DNA of 64,000 nt from Armatimonadota bacterium (GTDB taxonomy: Bacteria > Armatimonadota > HRBIN16): NCBI GenBank assembly GCA_049969495.1, contig JBMFOT010000002.1:4406-68405 (forward strand). Reading direction: 5' to 3'. Below the pieces are notes generated by a model. The model was given only the letters and a program-made list of their open reading frames with translations, was not told the DNA's origin and ran no database searches. The position numbers and the translations under genes are program-made. Of this stretch, positions 26,900 through 38,598 are shown piece after piece; position 1 is the stretch's first letter, and each line of letters starts with the position of its first letter.

Positions 26900-26926
26900 G
26901 GCTCGGCAGGAGCCTCGCCCTCCAGA
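26900..26926. repeat. Family B short repeat copy GGCTCGGCAGGAGCCTCGCCCTCCAGA
   Basis: It matches the copy at 62422-62449 in 27 of 27 positions. It contains the hairpin GGCTC-ggcag-GAGCC. It sits immediately after the stop of 24877..26898 and upstream of the 27034 gene. Confidence 0.6.
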
Positions 26927-27033
26927 CGACTTTGGGCGGCTTGCTCGCACTTTACAAAATCTTTATCCGCTGAGTATAATTTGTGGGGTGTTCAACCCGA
27001 TAATGCGAAATCATGCGCCTGGGAGGTGATGGA

Positions 27034-28137
27034 ATGCAAGGGATTATTATCGCCGGCGGATTCGGCACCCGTTTCCGCCCACTCACTTACACCCGTCCGA
27101 AACCTCTCATGCCCATCTTGAATCGCCCACTGCTGGAATATCAGGTCGCTCTGCTGAAGGCGCACGGTGTGACGGAGATTGTGTTTGCCACCAACTATAT
27201 GGCTGATGCGATTGAAGAGCACTTTGGGGACGGCAGCCGATTCGGCGTGAAGATGCGTTATGCGCAGGAGCACCAGCCTCTCGGCACAGCGGGAGCCATT
27301 CGCAACGCCGCGAAGAGCCTCTGGAGGCGAGAGACGGTGGTGGTTTTCAACGGCGATATTGTGACCGATTTTGACCTGAGCGCGGTGATAGACCTGCACC
27401 GACGACGAGGTGCGCGTGCCACCATCGCGCTGAAGGCAGTGCCCAGCCCCAACCCATACGGCGTGCTGGAGCTGGATAACGACGGCAGGGTTCTGGCGTG
27501 GCTGGAGCCAACAGAAGAGCAGAAAAAGGCACTGGCGGCGAATCCCAATGTGGAACAGACCGGCTGGGATTACATCAACGCGGGTTTCTACGTGCTGGAG
27601 CCGGAGGTGATAGAGAGTATCCCCGATGGCAGAGCGGTGTCCATAGAGCGCGAAATCTACCCGCGCATGATTGCACAGGGCGAAGGTTTATACGGCGCGC
27701 CTGCTGAAGGCTACTGGGTGGACGTCGCCGGTCCCACGCATTACTGGAAAGTGACCAACGACCTGCTGCGGGGGCGCGTGAACGTTCCCTTGCCCGGCAC
27801 ACCTCGCTCGGAGGGCCTGTGGTGCATGGAGCGTGCGCAGGTACATTGCACCCTTGACGTGGGCGCAGTAGCGCACATCGGTGAAGGGGCAGTCGTAGAG
27901 AAAGAGGTGCACCTGCGCGGGACGGTTGTGGTTGGCGCAGGCTGCCATATCGAGCGGGGATGCGTGCTGGAAGATTGTGTGCTGCTGGAAGGGGTACACG
28001 TTGGCGAGGGAACCAGCCTGACCCGCGTCCTCTGCGACCGCGATGTATCTATTGCCGCGGGTAGTCGTATCACCGATGCGGTGATAGCGGCAAGCAGTCA
28101 TATCGAGCGCGAAAGCCGATTGGGGGCAAGTTGGTAA
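27034..28137 (+). CDS. NDP-sugar pyrophosphorylase (mannose-1-phosphate guanylyltransferase-like) with C-terminal left-handed beta-helix
   Basis: GIIIAGGFGTRFRPLTYTRPKPL (nucleotidyltransferase G-x-G-T-R motif). Hexapeptide-repeat-like segments are at the C-terminus. A GGGAGGTG RBS precedes the internal Met. Confidence 0.75.
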   Translation: MQGIIIAGGFGTRFRPLTYTRPKPLMPILNRPLLEYQVALLKAHGVTEIVFATNYMADAIEEHFGDGSRFGVKMRYAQEHQPLGTAGAIRNAAKSLWRRETVVVFNGDIVTDFDLSAVIDLHRRRGARATIALKAVPSPNPYGVLELDNDGRVLAWLEPTEEQKKALAANPNVEQTGWDYINAGFYVLEPEVIESIPDGRAVSIEREIYPRMIAQGEGLYGAPAEGYWVDVAGPTHYWKVTNDLLRGRVNVPLPGTPRSEGLWCMERAQVHCTLDVGAVAHIGEGAVVEKEVHLRGTVVVGAGCHIERGCVLEDCVLLEGVHVGEGTSLTRVLCDRDVSIAAGSRITDAVIAASSHIERESRLGASW

Positions 28138-28150
28138 AGAGGACATCATC

Positions 28151-29278
28151 ATGGACAAAACCTTTCAGGTACCTATAGCTGACCTTCAGGCGCAGTACCG
28201 CGCCCTGCGTCCGGAGATAGATGCTGCCGTTGCTCGTGTGCTGGAGAGCGGACGGTTTATTCTGGGGGAGAACGTGCAGCGTCTCGAGGAGGAGGTAGCC
28301 GCCTGCTGTGGGGCGCGTTTTGGGATCGGTGTGGCTTCCGGCACCGATGCGCTGGAGCTGTCACTGGCAGCACTGGGTATCGGACCGGGGGACGAGGTCA
28401 TTACCACCCCCTTCACTTTCGGAGCCACCACCGAGGTCATCGTTCGGCTGGGTGCAAAACCGGTCTATGTAGATATTGACCCCGATACCTATAATATCGA
28501 TGTGAACGCGATTGAACGCGCCATCACGCCGCGCACGCGCGCCCTCCTACCGGTAGACCTGTTCGGGCAGATGGCAGACCGGCAGGCGCTATGGCGCATC
28601 GCACAGGAGCACGGTCTTTACCTGGTAAACGACTCGGCGCAGGCTATCGGGGCGCAGCAGAACGGCGTTCCGGTCGCGGCGGTGGGTCATGCGACTGCGC
28701 TGAGTTTCTACCCCACGAAAAACCTGGGAGCATTCGGCGATGGCGGCATCGTATTGACCAGTGATGAGCAGATAGCCCGGCGAGTGAGGCAACTGCGCGT
28801 GCACGGCGCGGAAGGCGGGGCGTATTTTTACAAGATGCCGGGCTATTGCAGTCGTCTGGACGAGGTGCAGGCGGCGATACTACGGGTGAAACTGCGCTAT
28901 CTGGAGGAGTGGAACGAGCGTCGCCGCCAAAATGCCCGCCGATACATGGAACTGCTGAAGGGCACCCAAACAGTTCTCCCTGTGACCGCGCCGGGCAACC
29001 TGCACACCTATCATCAGTTTACCGTCCGGCATCGTCAGCGCGATGCGCTGCAGGCATACCTGAAGGAACATGGCATCGCGACTGCCGTGTATTATCCGCT
29101 GCCGCTACACCTGCAAGAGGCGTACCGGTGCCTGGGCTACAAACGCGGTGACTTCCCCCATGCGGAACGCGCTGCCGAGCAGGTACTTTCCCTGCCGGTG
29201 CATCCGGAGCTGAGCATGGAGCAAATCGAGTATGTCGCCGCGATGGTGCGGCGATTCGAGGAGGAACAGACGCCATGA
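28151..29278 (+). CDS. DegT/DnrJ/EryC1/StrS-family PLP-dependent sugar aminotransferase
   Basis: Classic N-terminal IADLQAQYRALRPEIDAAVARVLESGRFILGENVQRLEEE ... GTDALEL, with the PLP lysine region downstream. Confidence 0.85.
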   Translation: MDKTFQVPIADLQAQYRALRPEIDAAVARVLESGRFILGENVQRLEEEVAACCGARFGIGVASGTDALELSLAALGIGPGDEVITTPFTFGATTEVIVRLGAKPVYVDIDPDTYNIDVNAIERAITPRTRALLPVDLFGQMADRQALWRIAQEHGLYLVNDSAQAIGAQQNGVPVAAVGHATALSFYPTKNLGAFGDGGIVLTSDEQIARRVRQLRVHGAEGGAYFYKMPGYCSRLDEVQAAILRVKLRYLEEWNERRRQNARRYMELLKGTQTVLPVTAPGNLHTYHQFTVRHRQRDALQAYLKEHGIATAVYYPLPLHLQEAYRCLGYKRGDFPHAERAAEQVLSLPVHPELSMEQIEYVAAMVRRFEEEQTP

Positions 29279-30330
29279 AGGCGATGATTCTGGCGGCCGG
29301 GGTAGGGTCACGTCTGGACCCGCTCACCCGAAACGTGCCTAAGCCGATGGTTCCCATTGTGAACCGCCCGGTGATGGAGCACATTGTGGAACTGCTGAAG
29401 CGACACGGCTTCAACGAGATTATGGTGAATCTGTACTACCTAGGCGACCAAATAGAAAGCCACTTCGGAGATGGCTCCAAATGGGGCGTGCGCATCCACT
29501 ATTCGAAGGAAGACCGCCTGTGGGGAGACGCCGGTAGCGTCAAACGGTGCGAGCACTTCTTCGATGACACCTTCATCGTCATCGGTGGCGACGACATCAC
29601 CGATTTAGACCTCACCCGCCTGCTTCGCTACCACAGGGAGAAACGCGCTATCGCCACCATCGCCCTGTCGCTGGTCGACGACCCCTCGGAGTACGGTATC
29701 GCCCTGCTGAACGAGCGGGGACGCATCACCCGCTTCCTTGAGAAACCGCGCGGAGAGGTTATCTTCTCCAACGCGGCGAACACCGGCGTGTACGTGTTCG
29801 AGCCGGAGATATTTGACCTCATCCCCCGCGGCGTAACCTACGGATTCGGCGCGAACCTGTTGCCCTTGCTGCTTGAACAGCGTCGCCCCTTCTTTGGCTT
29901 TCTCACTTCCTCGTACTGGAAGGACGTCGGCAACCTGCGCACCTATCAGCAGACGCACGTGGATGCCATGCAGGGTAGGGTTTCTCTGCGAATACCCTAC
30001 CCCGAAACGCGCAAGTATGTGTGGATTGGTAACAACGTGAAGATCGACCCCACCGCCGAAATCGGCTATCCGGTGGTGATTGGCAACAACTGCGAAATCG
30101 GTCCGGGCGCGAAGGTGCTGGAGTACAGCGTGCTGGGCGATAACTGCGTGGTAGAAGATAACGCCACGGTGCAGGAAAGCATCCTGTGGGAGGGGGCAGT
30201 AGTGATGCGCGATACGATGCTGGTACGCTGTGTGGTGGGCAGAGGCTGTCGCGTGAAGTCCAACGCGGCGGTGTTCGATGGAGTGATTGTAGACCCCGTG
30301 AGAAAGAATAACCACGTGGGCACTGGATAG
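29275..30330 (+). CDS. NDP-sugar pyrophosphorylase (second copy) with C-terminal LbH domain
   Basis: MKAMILAAGVGSRLDPLTRNVPKPMVPIVNRPVMEHIVELL. It overlaps the aminotransferase stop by ATGA. Confidence 0.75.
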   Translation: MKAMILAAGVGSRLDPLTRNVPKPMVPIVNRPVMEHIVELLKRHGFNEIMVNLYYLGDQIESHFGDGSKWGVRIHYSKEDRLWGDAGSVKRCEHFFDDTFIVIGGDDITDLDLTRLLRYHREKRAIATIALSLVDDPSEYGIALLNERGRITRFLEKPRGEVIFSNAANTGVYVFEPEIFDLIPRGVTYGFGANLLPLLLEQRRPFFGFLTSSYWKDVGNLRTYQQTHVDAMQGRVSLRIPYPETRKYVWIGNNVKIDPTAEIGYPVVIGNNCEIGPGAKVLEYSVLGDNCVVEDNATVQESILWEGAVVMRDTMLVRCVVGRGCRVKSNAAVFDGVIVDPVRKNNHVGTG

Positions 30331-30364
30331 TAAAGGATAGGTTAACAACCTTACAGAGACATAG

Positions 30365-32622
<2,258 letters not shown>

Positions 32623-32715
32623 CAGAGCGAGTCTTGTTGCGATCCATCAGGCATTCGTGATCGCTTGATGGCACGGCGCCCCCCGCGATGAGACGTGTTT
32701 CGGGCAAGTCGCTCT

Positions 32716-33354
32716 CTACGTGCTGAGCACGAACGGGTTGAAGTTGGTATCGTAATCGTAGTAGTCTTCCTGTTCCGCCTTCTTCAGAAAGCCTACTACC
32801 GCGTAGGTGATGGGCGTTGCCAACGCTTCATAGAGCACCTTCGCGGTGTAGTTCCACAGGATAACCCGCAGTAGCAATCCCGTATCCCATACCCCGGCAA
32901 AGGCGATGGTCTGAAAAAGTATCGTGTCTACCGCCTGCCCCACCACCGTGCTGCTGATGGTGCGCGTCCACAGGAACTGCCCGCCGGTGAAAATCTTCAG
33001 CTTCGCCATCACGTACGAGTTGACGAACTCGCCGCACCAGAAGGCGATGAGGCTGCCCGCTACAATACGCGGCGTTTGCCCCAGAATCATCGCGAACGCG
33101 CTCTGCATCTGCCACTCAGGCGAAGGGGGCAACATCACAATCACCCAGAGGAGCAACGCCGCCAGCAGGTTGAAACCAAAACCCATCCAGATAACCCGCC
33201 GCGAACGGGCATAGCCATATACCTCTACCAGCACATCGCCAAAAATATACGAAATGGGGAATAGAAGGGTGCCGCCGTCCAGATCCAGATGCAAGAAGTT
33301 AAACAGGCGCACAGGCTTCACCGCCACAATGTTGGACAGCAATAGTATCACCAC
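32716..33354 (-). CDS. Queuosine-precursor transporter YhhQ/DUF165 family (start codon unresolved)
   Basis: Six-TM pattern. The YRYLDIITVSFVVILLLSNIVAVK region aligns with the E. coli YhhQ N-terminus (RYKALFWLSLFHLLVITSSN). The conserved segment extends upstream of the first in-frame GTG (33354) without any ATG, GTG or TTG. The candidate start is CTG at about 33402, with a GGAGGT Shine-Dalgarno 8 nt upstream. Confidence 0.55.
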   Translation of the reverse strand: MVILLLSNIVAVKPVRLFNFLHLDLDGGTLLFPISYIFGDVLVEVYGYARSRRVIWMGFGFNLLAALLLWVIVMLPPSPEWQMQSAFAMILGQTPRIVAGSLIAFWCGEFVNSYVMAKLKIFTGGQFLWTRTISSTVVGQAVDTILFQTIAFAGVWDTGLLLRVILWNYTAKVLYEALATPITYAVVGFLKKAEQEDYYDYDTNFNPFVLST

Positions 33355-33398
33355 GAAGCTGACCGTGATAATGTCCAGGTATCGGTAAGGGCGAGTTG

Positions 33399-34784
33399 TC
33401 AGATGTCATCACCTCCCAGCAACTTTCTGGCGAGCGCGATTTGTTGCCGCACCGCTTGCGGGGAAGTGCCCCCGTCAGAGCGCCTGGCTTGCATCACCGC
33501 TTCTGGCTGGAGTATCTGCACCGCGTCGGCGTCGAAGAGATTGCTGAACGCGCGCAGCTGTTCCACGCTCAGGTCCTCCAGCGCAACACCTTGTTTCAGG
33601 CAGTACTGCACCGCGCGCCCTACCACCTCATGCGCCTGCCGGAAGGGCATCCCCTTGCGCACCAGATAGTCGGCGAGGTCGGTGGCATTGGAGAAGTCAC
33701 CGCGAACCGCCTGACGCATCCGTTCGGTACGAAACTGCGCCCGCGATAGCATGAGATGCATGAGCGCGACGCTAGAAAGGGCGGTATCCAGCGCATCGAA
33801 CAGGAAGCCTTTATCCTCTTGCAGGTCGCGGTTATAAGAAAGGGGCAGCGCTTTGAGCATCACCAGCGCGCCGGTCAGGTCTGCCACCACGCGCCCAGTA
33901 CGCGCTCGTATCAGCTCCGCCACGTCGGGGTTCTTCTTCTGGGGCATGATACTGCTGCCAGTGGTCACGCTGTCGTCCAGTTCCACGAAGCCGAATTCGG
34001 GGGTGTTCCACAGGATCAGCTCCTCCGCCAGACGCGAGAGGTGCACCATCACCAGCGCGGCGCAAGAAAGGAACTCCACCACAAAATCGCGGTCGGAGAC
34101 GGCGTCCATGCTGTTCTCGCATATCCCTTCGAAGCCCAGCTCCTGCGCCACCATCTGCCGGTCTACCGGGAAGGACGTGCCCGCCAGCGCAGCGCTGCCC
34201 AGAGGGAGCTGATTGACCCTCCTGCGGCAGTCCGTCAGCCGCTCGCGGTCACGCTGAAGCATCCAGAAGTACGCCATCAGATGGTGGGCGAGGCTCACCG
34301 GTTGCGCGTGCTGCAGGTGCGTACAGCCCGGCAGAATGGTGTGCAGATGGCTTTCGGCGGTATCTACCAGCCACTGCTGCAGCTGCCGTATTTCCTCAAG
34401 CAGGGCATCGATGCCTTCCCGCAGGTAGAGGCGCGTATCGGTAGCTACCTGGTCGTTGCGGCTGCGGGCAGTGTGCAGTTTGCCTGCTACCGCGCCGATG
34501 CGCTCGGTGAGCAGTCGCTCTATCTCGGAGTGAACGTCCTCTGCCTTCGGGTCGAAGGTGACCTTACCCGCCGAGATGTGCTCGCGTAACGCCTGCAACC
34601 CCAAGAGGATGGCGTCTGTCTCCTCTGGCGTCAGCACGCCGATTTTGCCCAGCATCCGCGCGTGGGCGATGCTGGCGCGGATATCGGCATCCCACAGCCG
34701 CGCGTCCACACCGAGTGAGGTCGTGAACGCCTCTACCGCCTCATCGGTCTGTTTTTCGAAACGTCCTCCCCACAGTTTGCTCAT
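33399..34784 (-). CDS. argH: Argininosuccinate lyase
   Basis: MSKLWGGRFEKQTDEAVEAFTTSLGVDARLWDADIRASIAHARML and the fumarate-lyase signature GSSIMPQKKNPD. Confidence 0.9.
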   Translation of the reverse strand: MSKLWGGRFEKQTDEAVEAFTTSLGVDARLWDADIRASIAHARMLGKIGVLTPEETDAILLGLQALREHISAGKVTFDPKAEDVHSEIERLLTERIGAVAGKLHTARSRNDQVATDTRLYLREGIDALLEEIRQLQQWLVDTAESHLHTILPGCTHLQHAQPVSLAHHLMAYFWMLQRDRERLTDCRRRVNQLPLGSAALAGTSFPVDRQMVAQELGFEGICENSMDAVSDRDFVVEFLSCAALVMVHLSRLAEELILWNTPEFGFVELDDSVTTGSSIMPQKKNPDVAELIRARTGRVVADLTGALVMLKALPLSYNRDLQEDKGFLFDALDTALSSVALMHLMLSRAQFRTERMRQAVRGDFSNATDLADYLVRKGMPFRQAHEVVGRAVQYCLKQGVALEDLSVEQLRAFSNLFDADAVQILQPEAVMQARRSDGGTSPQAVRQQIALARKLLGGDDI

Positions 34785-34786
34785 CG

Positions 34787-35995
34787 TTACGAACTTTTCT
34801 GCCCTTCCCGCTTCTCCTTCAGCGCATGGTACATGCGCGCCTGCAAACCGAAAATCTTTACCATGCCCGTGCTCTCACGCTGGTCAAAGGCGGTGGTGTC
34901 GAACGAAGCCAGCTCCTCCGAGTACAGCGCCCACGGACTGCTTCGCCCTACTACCTGCAGGCTCCCCTTGTACAGGCGCAGCCACACCGTACCGGTCACG
35001 CGCTTCTGCGTGCTGGCGATAAACGCCTCGAGGTCTTCCTTGAAGGGGTCAAACCACAGTCCGTAGTACGCCAGCTGCGCCCACTCGGCATCCACCAGAG
35101 CCTTGAAGCGCAGTTCCTCGCGCGTCAACACCAGCGCCTCCAGGGCGTGATGCGCGGTCAGGATGGTGACCGCCGCGGGGCACTCGTAATTTTCGCGCAC
35201 CTTCAGCCCCAGCATCCGGTCTTCCATGATGTCGATACGCCCCACACCGTTTTCGCCAGCGATGCGGTTGAGTTTGGCAATCAGTGCGGCGGGGGAAAGC
35301 GGTTCACTATCTATCGCTACCGGCACGCCCTGCTCGAAGTCTATTTTCAGCTCGCGTGGCGCATCGGGCGCCTCCAGTGGATTGCGCGTCCAGCGATAAA
35401 TCTCCTCAGGCGGGGCGTAGTCGGGTTCTTCCAGGCGACCGCCTTCGATGGAACGCCCCCACAAGTTCTCGTCGATGCTCCAGATTTTCTCCACGCTCTG
35501 GGTGATGGGCACGCCGCGCGATTTGGCGTATTCAATCTCCCACGAGCGGGTCATATTGCGCTCGCGAATCGGGGCGTGGATAACCGCATCGGGCATCAGG
35601 GCACGAATGGTGAATTCGATGCGGAACTGGTCGTTGCCTTTGCCCGTGCAACCGTGTGCGAACGCGGATGCACCTACCTGCTTCGCCACTTCCACCGCCT
35701 TCGCCGCGATAAGCGGGCGGGCTATCGAAGTGCTGACAGGGTAGCCTTCGTAGCTGGCGTTGGCTCGCACCGCCGCGAAGCAGTAATCGCGGGCAAACTC
35801 CTCTTTGGCGGGCACAGTATAGTGCTCGGTACCCAGCGCACGCGCCTTTTCCGCCGCTTCCTGAATGTCCTCCTCCGGCTGCCCCACGTCCACCGTCACG
35901 GTAATGACGTGATCGTAGCCATACTCTTCACGCATCAGGGGAATGCACACCGAGGTGTCCAGCCCCCCGGAATAGACCAGAACCACTTTTTTCAT
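34787..35995 (-). CDS. argG: Argininosuccinate synthase
   Basis: MKKVVLVYSGGLDTSVCIPLM (PP-loop SGGxDTS), 402 aa. It sits immediately upstream of argH on the same strand. Confidence 0.9.
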   Translation of the reverse strand: MKKVVLVYSGGLDTSVCIPLMREEYGYDHVITVTVDVGQPEEDIQEAAEKARALGTEHYTVPAKEEFARDYCFAAVRANASYEGYPVSTSIARPLIAAKAVEVAKQVGASAFAHGCTGKGNDQFRIEFTIRALMPDAVIHAPIRERNMTRSWEIEYAKSRGVPITQSVEKIWSIDENLWGRSIEGGRLEEPDYAPPEEIYRWTRNPLEAPDAPRELKIDFEQGVPVAIDSEPLSPAALIAKLNRIAGENGVGRIDIMEDRMLGLKVRENYECPAAVTILTAHHALEALVLTREELRFKALVDAEWAQLAYYGLWFDPFKEDLEAFIASTQKRVTGTVWLRLYKGSLQVVGRSSPWALYSEELASFDTTAFDQRESTGMVKIFGLQARMYHALKEKREGQKSS

Positions 35996-36083
35996 CGTCC
36001 GTGCTCCTCTGTGGGATAACGGTTAGATTATACGGGAAGAGGGGCTGTGAACGCAACGTGGTCGGTGTAGGTCACAACCGTGT

Positions 36084-36112
36084 TTGCACTTTTCCCGCTT
36101 TCGCCATATAAT
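36084..36112 (+). promoter_or_regulatory. Sigma70-type promoter TTGCAC-17-TATAAT for the GGDEF gene
   Basis: A perfect -10 hexamer with a 17-nt spacer and a -35 TTGCAC. The predicted TSS is about 25 nt upstream of the start. Confidence 0.55.
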
Positions 36113-36145
36113 ATCCACAAGAGCCTGAAGCGAGGTACTTAATCG

Positions 36146-37795
36146 GTGCGCGGTCTCCATCCGAAGCTGTGGAGGATATGGTCGCTTGCCCTCATCGGGC
36201 TGCCGGTATGCTGGTGGCTACAGCCTGTACCGGCGCTTCATCCTCTCCCCGTGTTACTGCTCCTGCTGTTGACCGTCTTGACGATGGCTCTGCCCGTTGG
36301 TCGGTTGGGCACGCGCAGGGTTCGCTTTGGCAGTGCGGTGGTTTTCTACGCTGCGCTACTGTACGGTGCGTGTGTGGGTGCAATGATTAGCCTGCTTGCC
36401 GGTGTAGCCGCACAGAGGCTGCGCCAGAGGGAGCAAAACGATATTGCTCTATACGCACCTGCGTTCGCTCTGTCCGTTCTGGTCAGCGGGGCGTTTTATT
36501 ACTATCGCAGACAGGCTTATGGCGTCGTCCCCCAAAGCTGGTCGGATTGGCTGCGCCTGTTGGTGACGGCGGCATTATTCGTTGGGCTGCGTGTGGTATT
36601 GCTATGGTGGGGTGAAGGGAGGCGAAATGCTCACTGGCGACAGGTGGCGCGCGTCGAGCTCATTGTAGAGGCAGTGACGCTACCCACCGTGCTGGCAGCG
36701 TTGCTGGCGCAGAAGCAGTGGGGGTGGCTGTCGGTATTACCGGCGTGCTCGGCAGGGGCAGTAGGACTGGTGGCGACGCGCGCAATCATTCATGCTCACC
36801 AGGCGCAGCGTCAGGTGCGCGCTTTGCGAACGTTGCACTACCGCCTGATCGCCCATCTGCATCCAGACCGTTTGCTCCAGGACGTGGGCGAGGAGTTGCG
36901 TCGCCTGCTGGTTTTTGACCGACTGAGCCTGTGGATCTACTCGCGTCAGGAGGCGCACCTCCAGATTGTGGGTGTACATCCCCAGCGGGAACGGGCGGCT
37001 TTCCTCGCTTATCTTCCGGTGGAGGGTATTTTCAGCAAGGCGATAGACCAGCGCAAGCCTCTGGTACTCTCAGACATGTTGCGCGCACGTTTGCACGAGG
37101 TCGCCGAGCACTTCGAAGGGCATCTGTTGATTATCCCGCTGACAGTGCACGAGTATCCATGGGGTATGCTGGTACTGGAACGCATGGCGCAACGCGAACC
37201 GTTTACGCACTCGGATTACGAGGCAATCCAGGTGCTGGTAGACCACCTGGCGATTCTGCTCGAGAACATGCGTCTCTACCGGCAGACGGCGGACATGGCG
37301 ATGCGTGACGGTCTGACAGGACTGCTGAACCACCGATGGCTGTACGAACGGCTGCAGGAAGAGACCTCTCGCTCGTCGCGTTACCACCACCCCATGACGC
37401 TGCTGATGATAGACGTGGACTACTTCAAACGCTACAACGACACATACGGTCACCAGCAGGGTGATGAACTACTGCGCGTTCTGGCAAAGATACTTCAGCA
37501 GAACGTTCGCCAGAGCGACATAGTGGGCAGGTACGGTGGCGAGGAGTTCGCCATTATCTTGCCTGAAACCGATAAGGAGTGCGCTGGGGCTCTTGCCCGG
37601 AGGCTGTGCGAAGTAGTCGCAAGCACACCCTTCCCCGGCTACCCGGGTGGCGCACCGGTGCGTTGCACCATCAGCATCGGTGTGGCAAGCTATCCTGAGG
37701 ATGGATTAACCGTCTCCGATCTGGTCGCCGCTGCAGATGCTGCCCTTTATCGGGCAAAGCGGCACGGCAGGAACCGGGTGGTGGTAGCGCCGTGA
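36146..37795 (+). CDS. Membrane-anchored sensor diguanylate cyclase (multi-TM N-terminus, GAF-like domain, GGDEF domain)
   Basis: A GGEEF active site (RYGGEEFAIILPETD), the RxGGDEx context and the I-site-like RQSD are present. About 6-7 N-terminal TM helices are predicted. Confidence 0.8.
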   Translation: MRGLHPKLWRIWSLALIGLPVCWWLQPVPALHPLPVLLLLLLTVLTMALPVGRLGTRRVRFGSAVVFYAALLYGACVGAMISLLAGVAAQRLRQREQNDIALYAPAFALSVLVSGAFYYYRRQAYGVVPQSWSDWLRLLVTAALFVGLRVVLLWWGEGRRNAHWRQVARVELIVEAVTLPTVLAALLAQKQWGWLSVLPACSAGAVGLVATRAIIHAHQAQRQVRALRTLHYRLIAHLHPDRLLQDVGEELRRLLVFDRLSLWIYSRQEAHLQIVGVHPQRERAAFLAYLPVEGIFSKAIDQRKPLVLSDMLRARLHEVAEHFEGHLLIIPLTVHEYPWGMLVLERMAQREPFTHSDYEAIQVLVDHLAILLENMRLYRQTADMAMRDGLTGLLNHRWLYERLQEETSRSSRYHHPMTLLMIDVDYFKRYNDTYGHQQGDELLRVLAKILQQNVRQSDIVGRYGGEEFAIILPETDKECAGALARRLCEVVASTPFPGYPGGAPVRCTISIGVASYPEDGLTVSDLVAAADAALYRAKRHGRNRVVVAP

Positions 37796-38598
37796 GGGAA
37801 GAGCTGGCAGCGGTAGTCACGGCGGGGGGGCGTATCGGCTGGGCGGACTTCTCACTCGCTGCCACACCGCTGGAATATGCTTCCTATGAAGAGTATCCCT
37901 ACGACTATCACGAGATTAAAGCGCTGCTTAAGGTGAGGGAGCGCACTCTCTTGGAGACGGTGCTGGACGCAATATGGCATACCGGAAGAGTGGAAGAGGT
38001 GGTGGTGGTCGGTAGTCCGTTTTTGCGCTACTGGGTAGACAGAGCCGGGGAGAGGTTGATACCGGAGAAGTTAGAAGCTCATGAAAACCTCATCGCCGGC
38101 TTACAGGCGGTAGCATATTATCCCAGAGTGCTGTATATCACCTCCGACCTGCCCTTCGTGACCGCAGAGGCAATCAATCACTTCATCGATGCCTGTCCGC
38201 TAGATGTCCAGCTTTGCTACGCGATAGTGCGGCGTGAGGCATTTGACGCGCGTTTCCCCAACTCACCCACCACCTACGCCCGCCTGAAGGATGGCGAGTT
38301 CGTGGCGGGGTGCGCCGTGATGATAGAGCCTGTTTCCCTGCTGGAGCGCGTGGAATGGATACGCCGGGTGGCACAGCGGCGGAAGAGCCTCTGGCGGTTG
38401 GCGCTGCTGGCGGGCTTCCGCGTGCTCTGGAGATATGCTACTCATCAGCTGACGGTAGCGGATGTGGAACGTCGTGCGGAGCAGCTTCTGGGGATGCGCT
38501 GTCGGGCGGTAGAAAGCGAGCCGGAGCTGGCTTACGATATCGACACGCCGCAGGAGTACGCGTACGCACGGAGGCTCGCCGATGGCGGAGCTGACTAA
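37792..38598 (+). CDS. MobA-like NTP-transferase domain protein
   Basis: The GTG start overlaps the GGDEF stop. The N-terminal AAVVTAGGRIG resembles the nucleotide-binding loop of MobA/IspD-like transferases. This is a weak call. Confidence 0.4.
   Translation: MREELAAVVTAGGRIGWADFSLAATPLEYASYEEYPYDYHEIKALLKVRERTLLETVLDAIWHTGRVEEVVVVGSPFLRYWVDRAGERLIPEKLEAHENLIAGLQAVAYYPRVLYITSDLPFVTAEAINHFIDACPLDVQLCYAIVRREAFDARFPNSPTTYARLKDGEFVAGCAVMIEPVSLLERVEWIRRVAQRRKSLWRLALLAGFRVLWRYATHQLTVADVERRAEQLLGMRCRAVESEPELAYDIDTPQEYAYARRLADGGAD

Noticed and set aside
36027-36056. argG promoter and ARG-box operator
   Set aside because: A TATAAT (reverse strand, about 36027-36032) is present. The -35 is poor (TTGCGT at 18 nt, or TTCACA at 13 nt). 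No ArgR-type palindromic ARG box is recognisable, so I did not call it as a feature.
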